A stretch of 63,373 bases of DNA, filler included, from Choristocarpus tenellus KU-1152 (Eukaryota > Protista > Phaeophyceae): the NCBI GenBank assembly GCA_964200185.2. It is 6 parts of 6 records of this genome, joined end to end, with 100 filler letters (N's around TTAATTAATTAA, not from the genome) between each part and the next. Parts side by side here need not be neighbours in the genome. Positions count along the whole stretch, not along the records: positions 50,445 to 55,828 come from CAXNAD020010965.1; positions 55,929 to 63,373 come from CAXNAD020006145.1; 4 more parts are not named here. One strand, given 5' to 3'. The position numbers were made by a program, and so were the translations under genes. Below, one piece after another: positions 51,549 through 61,800 of this stretch. Numbering within the stretch: the stretch's first letter is position 1; every line of letters begins with the position of its first letter. The notes below the pieces were generated by a model. The model was not told where the DNA came from, made no database searches, and saw only the letters and a program-made list of their open reading frames with translations.

Positions 51549-52069
51549 CCGCGTAAGAAATATCATTTTGCTCCCCAAATCCTGTCCAATCACCGCACTT
51601 CGTGTTCCCTTTCTACAGCGAATTTACACTCTGCATACGGTTAGGGAAGTGGGGGGGGAACAGCCACTAGCTACACTGCACTTTGGTAAATAAAATTTGA
51701 AACAAAACAATCCAGGGTAATTTCATTTCCAGGGGGTAGGCAGGGTTGCATTTTAGGGATCCTAAGAAAGGGAAAAATATATATGCCATTTTGTACAGTT
51801 TCAGAAAGACCATTCGCTTAGTCGTGGTGTCACTTGGTGTGTGGAAAGGGGGGGACATCAATTTTGTGTACACTATTATGCACATAAAGCAACGAAATAG
51901 ATTGTATTGCACAGGGTAAGAATTATGACTTAGAATGCAAGACGGTCCAAACCTGCCTACCTCTAAATTGGTTCGGCTCTTTGTACACTGCACGAGTGGA
52001 AAATGTGTCAACAAGATGTTTGGCAGGGGAGATGATCCATTCAATTGTATTCCTTACGTTGTTCATTTC

Positions 52070-53420
52070 TTGCTGGCGCATATTGCTACTGGAAAGCTCC
52101 TCACAGCAGAGGAGGTAGTGCCAACCAAAGATACAGGTGATGTATCTGCCAATTTCAACAACATAACATTTTCAAACACAGTGCATTTGTTGGAACCTGC
52201 CCCTGAAATCGTCCCACCTCTTTCACGGAGGGTGCTGCCATGAGGGCGGTGTGCAAGTCACCAAGGTCAAGCAAACTTCCTGGAAGCCTGGGAGGAACGA
52301 GAAGAAAAATGCATATATCTGCGCGCAGACCCTCCATACTACCACCTTTCAACAAGGCGCTGAAGTCGACCGGCAAACCTTGCAGGAGTTTCTTGTCACC
52401 TACATCTGGAAGGTGGGAAAGTCTTATCCACCGTGGGGACCGAGCTGGTTTCTACCAACACCTGAAAGTGCGCACAGTGGAGAGGAGCAGAGAGAGTGCC
52501 CCTCACCACACGCGCAACAAACCTGGCCAACCACTCAGGGAATAAGCACACATTGCGGAACGGTGGAGGAGATAATTTGAGATCATTCAAAGTGCTCCTT
52601 AACACCAAGTCGGTTGATCTCGACCCCTTGAAGTGCTGAAAACCTTGATCAACGACCCGCATACATGGCTCCCGCCAATGCAGCAACAATGATAGAGGAG
52701 GCCGAAGAACTTCGGGAAATGGGAAATTGGAAGCCAATGGGATGGGTCCCAAATATCTTCTAGCCAAGCCCCTAAAAACTTGATTTACGGGAGGACATGA
52801 CTATTTCATTTCAAGGTTTCCATCATTTTTCTTCTCTTTGCTGTGTGGGATCAGGAAGTTGTGCGTCAGGTCTGGCAGGATGAGCGGCCATCACTGTGCT
52901 CCAGAAGAAGAAGGGCCGGACTGATCGTGGCGACTACAATAGCATCTCCTTGCTGGCACATGCTGGCAAAGTAGCTAGGTAAGGTTGTTGCACGGCGACT
53001 GGGAGATTGTTTGGAACGGGAGAACATACTCCACGAGGAAAGGTGTGGTTTCCAGCCCCCATGCTCCCCAAGCACTTGGCCGGGAAGAGCATATACCCTT
53101 ATACACGAATTTTTTAATCCATCTACAGAAAGCGTATGAATCTGTTGATTGCGATATCCTGTGGGTTGTGCCGCCCAAATTCGGAACACCTAAGAGAAGA
53201 CTATTTATCTAATCCGCCGATTCCATGATGCAATGAGGGCTTGTGTTGGCATGGATACACCCACTAGATCGAGGTTGGACAGGGCCTTCGGCGGAGGTGT
53301 GTCCTTCCTCGTATCCTCTTCATTATCCTTTTTACCGCGGTGCAAAGTATACCAGTTAAGGAGTTCAACTCTCATCCAGCCATGTCCACAGATCTTGTTG
53401 TCATCAAGGGAGCGGCCACA
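52070..53420 (+). mobile_element. LINE (RTE-like) reverse transcriptase, heavily frameshifted
   Basis: GDRAGFYQHLK, ITVLQKKKGRTDRGDYNSISLLAHAGKV, RRLGDCLERENILHEERCGFQP, LQKAYESVD, IRRFHDAMRACV and GQGLRRRCVL correspond in order to conserved non-LTR RT blocks. Confidence 0.9.
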
Positions 53421-53749
53421 AACAACCAGATCAATGGGGGAAGAGCACCAGGGAGTGGGGCAACACTTGAGCGGTTCTTCTTGGGTATGCTTTTTGCTGG
53501 TAATCCGGGCATTCTCTTCAAGACCAGAGTAGATTTAACACCATCGTTGCTGGTCTATGGAATGCTGCATTCTCTTGTATTCTCCCTCCTTTCGGTTTGG
53601 TTTCGTGCACCCCTAATGACATGATGTGTGGTGCAGTGTTTTTCCAACCTGCCAGTTCCTTTTCCTTTCTTTCCTTATATTTTCCGAACCATCTTTCTCG
53701 CTTCTTTGACCGCATTGTTTTCCTTGATAGTTCTTCGTTCCTTTCCCAA

Positions 53750-54007
53750 GAATCAAAGTATTGTAGAGGGTAGAACCTCGTCCGTTTGTGGGCAAAATCC
53801 AATGTTGTGATTTTGACGTAATTTTGGCTATCGCGTTTTTAGGAAGCGCGTCAATACCCTTGCTCCGGACACACCTTTCCATAACGTACGCATTTGACCT
53901 ACTCCGAATTGTTTCGGAGTAGGTCAAGTGTCGTATACAATCAGTGGGAAGTCAAGCCCCAAACGAACAAACAGAGCAAACCCGTGCCTTCTGAGATATT
54001 TTCACTC
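53750..54007 (+). mobile_element. MITE family A copy (first unit of tandem array)
   Basis: GAATCAAAGTATTGTAGAGGGTA ... TTTTCACTC; flanks CCAA/CTAA. Confidence 0.9.
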
Positions 54008-54011
54008 CTAA

Positions 54012-54033
54012 GAGCCGAAGTATACTTTCACTC
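54012..54033 (+). mobile_element. 22-bp ends-only MITE A derivative
   Basis: GAGCCGAAGTATACTTTCACTC = left tip fused to right tip, flanked by CTAA/CTAA. Confidence 0.7.
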
Positions 54034-54037
54034 CTAA

Positions 54038-54521
54038 GAGCCGAATTATCTCAGAGGGTAGGGCCTCGTCCGTGTGGGTTTCAAAATTCAATTTTGCGAT
54101 TTTGATGTGATTTTGACAATTATGTTTGTTGGGAAGTATCAATATTCTTCTGCCGGACACACCTTCATGACGTACACATGTTTTCTATTTTGAAACATTT
54201 TGGAGTAGGAAAATGTCACAAACGTACACCATGGAAAGTCTGTTCGATTAGACTCTTCCATCTCTATCGGACAGTTACATGGACAGTTACAGAGTAACGG
54301 AACAATCAATTAGNNNNNNNNNNATATAAAAGGAAATATTTCTGATATTATGGGGACTTGCATGCCCCACCTAAATTTAATGAATCACTCTACAAACACC
54401 AAGCAATCTCGCCGAGTTTATCACATTTACCCTCTTTGATGATTTTGGGGATACTTTAACAAAGTCATCTCCCAAACGGACAAACAGGGCAAACCCTGTA
54501 CCCTCTGAGGTACTTTCACTC
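54038..54521 (+). mobile_element. MITE family A copy interrupted by an LTR-like insertion
   Basis: GAGCCGAATTATCTCAGAGGGTA ... TACCCTCTGAGGTACTTTCACTC, TSD CTAA/CTAA. Confidence 0.9.
54241..54461. mobile_element. Probable solo LTR
   Basis: Starts TGTT, ends AACA, flanked by 5-bp AAGTC/AAGTC inside a MITE of known consensus; TATA-like ATATAAAA. Contains a 10-N gap. Confidence 0.75.
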
Positions 54522-55629
54522 CTAAGCAGTGTGTATATCGACTTCTTTGGGCTACCTTTCTTACATTGGGTTTGAGGTCCCTCAGACTAACGTCAAGATA
54601 GACAATCGCAATTCATTCAGGATGTTCACATTAGTTCAAAGCAAGAACTAAATAATGCTCTAACATTTATTTGGCAGATGTTGTCGTGGAGAAAAACAGA
54701 AGGAGGCAACATAGAACATGCTCGGATCCATGGTCAGAAAGGCTGTACAAAAATGGAGAGGAGAAAAAATAGAAGAGTATGCAATACACCTTAAGTGCCA
54801 AGCAGCAGAAAATACAGAATGAAGCAATGCAGAAGACTGTAGAAATTGAAGAAAAGTAACCAATACGGGTAATGTACTCCAATGCATACACGAAGAAAAG
54901 GTAAAAGCCTAGCAGTTAAGACCCCCCAAAAGTCTGAAAAGGTCGCAGGTCCAGCACCAAGGACCATAATCAGTCCAAGAAGGGCCACATACCCACTCAC
55001 AGTTACACATAAGTAGATCGGACCGAGCCCTGTACACCCACCAACAACACACAGATGTCGCAGGTTACCCGTCTTAACGGTGGTTTCATGAACGCCACCA
55101 TGAACTTGAAGTCCTAGATTATAAAAAATGATGGCTTTGTTGACTTAATACATTTTTCTTTATATTTTGGTCCTTGTGCAATCATTCATGTACCCCATGT
55201 TTGTTAAAACACAGGGTACTCATTTGATTTGCTTTGATACGATACAGTATCGTCAGTCCATACTGAATGTTGATTTGTCCATTGCAATGGTCGCTATTCT
55301 CGTCTTCGGTGAGGCCAATATTCCTAATTCCTCTGCTTATTGCATTAATTGATCATCTGCCGAGGCATCCCGCATTGTAGCTTTTTAAGCACTAACTCTC
55401 CTTTCCTTTCATGATTTCAGGGGTATACATAGCAAATTGTCTTTCGGAGCTTGTTTTCTTGAAGGGGGAAAGGAAGTGTCACGTTTTGTTGTTCGCTGGG
55501 GATTATTATTATTTCTGTTATATTGTAGTGATGACTTTGTTGTCCTGGTGTATGATACCTGTCGTACTTTGAGTTTTTTTTGCTTATGGTGTTGCACCCT
55601 CCAAAAGTAATAGAGCAACTGCTCTCACC

Positions 55630-55828
55630 CCCCCCTCCTCTCCCCTCCCCTCCCTTCCCTTCCCTTCCCCTCCCTTCCCTTCCCCGTCCCGTCCCTTCCC
55701 TTCCCTTCCCTTCCCGTCCCTTCCCTTCCCTTCCCTTCCCCTCCCTTCCCTTCCCTTCCCTTCCCTTCCCTTCCCTTCCCTTCCCTTCCCTTCCCTTCCC
55801 TTCCCTTCCCTTCCCTTCCCTTCCCTTC
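55630..55828. repeat. (CCCTT)n microsatellite running into gap
   Basis: Direct reading. Confidence 0.95.
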
Positions 55829-55928
55829 NNNNNNNNNNNNNNNNNNNNNNNNNNNNNNNNNNNNNNNNNNNNTTAATTAATTAANNNNNNNNNNNNNNNN
55901 NNNNNNNNNNNNNNNNNNNNNNNNNNNN
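55829..55928. other. Artificial contig linker
   Basis: N44-TTAATTAATTAA-N44. Confidence 0.97.
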
Positions 55929-56738
55929 CATACAAACCCACCTAATTGGGTCTCCCATACACAGAGTGGTACACCTCAAAATCCACTTCCAAAGCACTCA
56001 GGATGGTGGGCTAGGCACTTGATCCTCGTATCAAAAAGTGACTCCCTGCATTAATTTGTAGGTTTGAATGTTCAGAAAAATCTGGTTTCAATGATCTGAA
56101 GTCGACTTGACCAGTACAACGGATTACACACCTGTGCTATCCAGTCTATCATAGCTCTACTACAAAAGGTGGGAAACTCCAAAAAGGTTTTTCGTAGCTT
56201 CTTTGCGCTGTTACACCAAGGTGGGTTCAGCAAGATTCAAGGGATGTCGATTGGTGGGCAGTGGGGTGGCTTAACCCAATGTTCAAAAAGCACGTAGTGA
56301 ACAGTGGCAGTGCAAAATGTGGTATTAAATAGATAGTTGCAGTATCTAGATGAGATGCAGTATATTGTGTTGTGTCTCTGACAAGGTATAGCGAAGAGGT
56401 TGCGACCTGTCAAAAGTTATGCAGAGTCTATGTTTCTCAAGGAATACGATTACGAGCATGTAAGCACCACTACTTTTGAATAGCCTTCTTTGGTGGGTCT
56501 CGTGTGTAGACACAGTTTTGGGAAAGTCGTAGAATGTCTCTTTGTTTGGCTCTGCCAAGGCTATGGGATGAATTGTGGTTTTCAAACAGCATTCTGACTT
56601 ACACTATACAACAAGGAATCCAGATAGACATGCGTACAAATTGTAGTATATTTTCATATCGAGAGTGCAGATCCTTTCTCTTCTGGAATTGAGGTAATTT
56701 GAGGTAAATACTGTAAAGGGAGATAAAGGGAGGGATGT

Positions 56739-56994
56739 GAGCCAAAGTATCTTAGAGGGTAGAGCCGTATCCATTTGGGGGTCAAAATCCAATGTTGCAA
56801 TTTGATGTAATTTTAGCTATCGTGTTTGTTAGGAAGTGTCAATATCTATGTTTCGGACACACATTTTCACAACGTATACATTTTACCTACTTGGAAACAT
56901 TTCGGAGTAGGAAAATGTCATAAAAAACCCATGGGAAGCCCAGCCCCAAATGAACAAACAGGGCAAACTCGTACCCTCTAAGATACTTTCACTC
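56739..56994 (+). mobile_element. MITE family A copy
   Basis: GAGCCAAAGTATCTTAGAGGGTA ... TACCCTCTAAGATACTTTCACTC, flanked by TGT/TGT. Confidence 0.93.
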
Positions 56995-58868
56995 TGTGGG
57001 GAAAATCTTGGGTTAGTTTTTTGTAGTCTGCACTCGGTACACAACCTCCTCATGAGAGCTATTTTTCTCCAATAATTCAATTTGCAAATGGGGGCATGTG
57101 TTAGAACTTAGAACTTAGAACCCAGGAGCTAATCCTGGGTATCGTAAGTTGTTGCAATCATTAAAGTTTCGCCCGAGCGTTGCTATCCCTCTAATCAATG
57201 ACAAACTTCAGCAGGTCGATTCTGAAAGTAAGGTTATGTATCCTGCGGTGTATTTAGCCTTTTGACTTTTGTCTAACTATCCTGGGATTCGACCTCACGA
57301 AAGTAGCACCTGCTAGAGATATTTAAGAAATCTATGGGCTGTCGAGGAGTCAGTAATCTGATTCCTTTCTCTACTAGTCCATCGTATATTGAAATTCTAA
57401 CCTGTATACAAAATTCGCAAACCCCGCATTAATAGACGAGTAACCCAAAGAACATAGATCAACAACCTCTCCTCTTTCGATTTCTTCTCTCGCTGTGCAC
57501 CATGCATTCTGGGGTCCTAGAGTATATTTTGCTCTCTTGCCCCTTTCAAGTTGAGTGTGCACTGAGCATCACACTATTCTCCATCTGTTACTTCAGCACA
57601 TACTGTAGTTTTGAGTACAAGATTAATTCTTATTCGTCAGTTCATCCTTCGGGACTAATGCAACCCGAGGTGAGGGGCACTAGACACTGTGCACTATCAC
57701 TCATACTACCTAACTGCCGAGATGACGAATTGTACTGCCCCTTTTCATGCCTTGCTTCTTGTATACTGGCTTCAGCCACCCCAGCCCTTCCTTGTCGATC
57801 TGTCTCCACCCTCGAATAATTTGCTGGACCTGCCTTGGCATTGCTTTGGCATGAAGTCTTCCCAGCATATTTTGAGCATTCAGTATTCATTTCTGTATTA
57901 ATTTATTTGCCAGTGTGGACTTTGCATTGTCAAAATCAGACTTAGTTCCTAAAAAGGAGTCCGGCATCGATCTATCTTATTTTAATTCGTGAAATTAGTG
58001 GAGGGAATAACCCCAATTAGAATCACTCGTCCGCAAGGACCCTTGATAATAGCAATATGCCAATTATATGTAAGATAAAGAAATGAACTTCGTACATTAA
58101 AGTACAGTGGTTCGGACAGATAATAACTGTGTCATACCTTGCTGCCAGAAGGTGATAGTCTTTCCTCTACAACAAAATCAATACATATATATATATTCGA
58201 GGAGTGGGAGAAGTCGTATCCATGAAGAGGTTTTGATCCTCGTCTAAGACATGGGTTACGTACGTACCTCTAACCAAGGAAGAAAAAAAACTCGAACTGG
58301 TGAAGTATCCAAATGGTTACGTGTTGAGCATTGGAGACTGATTTCTTATTTTTCGCTGATCAAGTCCTTCTGTAGGCTTTAGATGTGAGTTTGCGAGTGT
58401 CTGTACATATTATGTTTGGTGTAAGAAAAGGAGAAGTCAGAACGTTTCACGTTTTGTCCCATCCACAATGACCTACCTACTAGTATACTACGACAACATC
58501 TTACTACAGTTTTGGAGACAATTCACATGCACCTTATGCATCTAATTCCTACACCATACTAAGTAGTAAAGAGGGTATTTACTCCTTTGATGCTACCTGA
58601 TTGCCATGGATAGATTTAGTCTTTGTTCCTTGTACCCTTGTTGGAATTGTTGGGTGTGAAGTCCATTGAGGAAAGACAGGTGGTGTTGCAAAAGAGAAGA
58701 GGAAAATCAAATCGTTAACACAAGAACATGCAACTCCACTTCCAAAAACGAATACTCAGTACATAGAATGCATACTATATGGACCATCAACGTTTCGTCC
58801 ATAATCGCCATAAACCCCCCAGAACTGTATCCTCACGATCTTAAGGCTTCTATCCATATGACGTTCAG

Positions 58869-61800
58869 GTGTCATCCCGGGGATGATGTCAACCATGCAA
58901 ATGCCATTTGCAGTATCACTCGCATTGAGAGGTGTCCAAAGGGTCACGAGGTTGCTCGCCAGTGTAGGGAGTCCTCTGGCCTTCCATGTCGAACATGTAA
59001 AAGGGAAGAAGAAGAGGCGAGGAAATTCGCTGAGACTGAGCTCGAAAGAGAGGCAACGAAGAAGCGAGAAAAAGCAGAAGCAGAAGCTCGACTAGCAGCC
59101 GCTCGAAGAGAAGCTGAGCGCGAGAGAGACGTCCTTACTCACAGTATTGAAATGCTGCGACTGGAACGGGATATACAGAAAGCGGAGGTTGATGCTGCAG
59201 AGTCAAGCAAGACCAGGGCTGCCAAGGCAGAGAGTACTCGAGCGGGAAGGGATTGTGGTGCTGAGGACAAAGAGGGGGGTACTCTGACACAGTCTGAAGT
59301 CCAGACTTACTCCGTATCAAGTGACGTTCATGAGAGCAAGGACCAAAGCGAAGTAGTGTTGAGCAGAAGGGAGAAGGACTTAAGGGCGAGGTTTAACCCC
59401 AAACTTGAGGTAAGAGGCGCAGAGAAAAGGTCAGCTAAGAAGAAAAAGGCAGAGGGTATTGTGCAAGGCAGTGTAGTGGGAGATGACTCAAAGTCAGATG
59501 GTGTCTTCGGAGCTTCTCTTCTCAGAGTATTAGCGGAAGCTGCCAGCGCAGGAGATGTGGAAGTTCTGCTGAAGGTTATCAAGGCGGTACCAAAGGAAGA
59601 GCAAGGAAACACGTCCAAAATGCTGGGCTCTGCTGTTGGAGGTGCTGCCATTCAGTGGTTTGCCCAAGGAAAGGAGACAAGGCCTTATCTCCCTCCCCCG
59701 CCCAAGCCCGTGCAGCAGGCACTCAACATGATGGCTGCAGGTCGGTGGGTCAAGGCGCGTGGTATCCTTGCTGCATCTGGGGGGGGAGGCACAGAAAACA
59801 GGGGAGAAAATGATAAGGAAGACCCTGTGGCATTTCTAGCTCTCACTCTGTGTGACCTTAAACTTGGTGGCTGTGCTGCAGTACAAGGGCTAAGCAATGG
59901 GCTTGAAGATGCAAAGAGTCGTATGTGGCCAGGTCCTCCAGGACCGACTTCCCCCTCATTCCGAGCCCTGCCCATTTGTGCCCTCGTAGAAGCATGCCTG
60001 GCTGAGGCCACCTCTCCTGGGTTGGATCCTGGGGCATGCGCAATGGCCTTGGCGTTCCTACTTGCCCCGAAACATTCCCTAGAGGTTGGAGGAATGAGTG
60101 CAGCGGGGTGGGTGGACATTGCAGGTTATGTAGTGCGTTCAGCTGGTGGTGCCATGGCAAAAGCATTGTGGGGTGAGGGAGGACCTCCAGATCTGTCAGA
60201 GGGCAAGGACGGAGCCGCAGCTGGGGAAGAGAAGGATGGGGTCAACGAAAGTTGGGTGGAAAGGGAGTGGCGTAGGCTGAAGGCTCAGGGGATGGTGGCA
60301 AGTCCGTCCATGGATACATTGTTGAACATGTCAGGTCTGGATTCTATCAAGGCGCGATTCCTCAATATTGCACAAGGTGCAAGTCTTGATCTCACCAGGG
60401 GTTTCGACCTGAAGGATAGAATGTACAATGTGAGACTAGAGGGGTCGCCAGGTACCGGGAAAACAACAGTGGCTCGACTCTATGCCCACCTTCTGAAGGA
60501 CCTGGGAGTGTTTGCTGAGGCTGAAGAGAGGGAAAGAATTGAAGAGGAAAAACGCCAAAAGAAAGCTAAGGAGGAGGCTGCGGCCAAGGCCAAGGCGCAG
60601 GAAGACGCAATCAGGGCAAGGGTACAGGCAAGTGGATTGCCATATGTCCATGTTCCTCCAAAAGCGGCGTCAGCTCCAGGTGTAGTGACGACATTTCCTG
60701 TAGGATCGAAGAAGACCGCTGCAGGGAAAAATGCAGATGTGGGTTTTGTTGAAACATCAGGCTCAGACCTGGTGGACAAGGGAGTTAGAGGGGTGAAGGA
60801 GATGCTGGAAAAAATTCGGAAAGCAGGAGGTGGCCTGCTGTTCGTGGATGAAGTGAGTGCGCTTGATTTCTTCTTTGGAACTTTCTTCAGTACTTTATAA
60901 TACGTTTTGTTGTACTCATGAGGTATTACCTGCATACCGGTATCTAATAGTGCAAGCACGTTCAAAGCAGTTGCTGCCCAGACTTTGCTGAGGCAAGTCG
61001 ATAGTAGTAACTCAAATATGGGACTGAGATTGTATGAGATAGCTTACACACTTCTACCTGTAAGTCCTTTGATACTAGTTCGATTTTGCTGATAGTGGGT
61101 TGAGCAAGGTCTTGCTTCAGGACAATCGTGGGGTTCATTTGACCAACTCCCTTGACATGTAAATTATTCTCAATTATTTCACTGTGCACTCCAACGATTC
61201 TACTGTGTATATCGAAAGGGTATCTCCATGTCCAAAGCAAGGTCCAGTATTCTGTGTTCGTAGGAAGAGCTTGAGTTCATTAGGGGATATGCAGAAAATA
61301 TCCTATTGCCTTGTAACTTTCTTTACTGTACATATTTTTCGAGATTACATGATGAGGTTGGAGAAAGGATCCTTTCCTGACGATATAAGTACGAAGTTGA
61401 ATAAGATATTCATGCGATTCTCTTTTATTGCAGTTTACACATACCAACCATGAATGACGTTCTTTCTCTACAACCCTGGGCACTTTCCCATTAAACGACT
61501 CAAACAAGGAATTGTACACGTATCAACTTCATATTTCACAAGGTGCGGAGATAGAGAAAAGCTTGTGGGAGAAAGTAGAAGGAATAAAAAAATGACAAGA
61601 TGGACATTTGAAGGAAGGTGTACAACAAATACTGTTCTAGATCATGTACTTCAAGGAGCCTCTGTGTTTGTTCATGTTGCTCGAAGTTGTTCTTCAAGAC
61701 GATCTTGGGATCATGATCTATCCTGCCCTAGATGTGTTACATATATATGGTACTGGATTACGACTTTTGTATTAATGACATTCCAACTTGTAAGATGTCT

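Noticed and set aside
1758-56994. MITE repeats or the 53746-54525 array as a CRISPR array or Introner elements
   Set aside because: Copies are dispersed, TIR-bounded and have TSDs. They lie within larger introns or intergenic DNA rather than forming whole introns. No spacer structure or cas genes.
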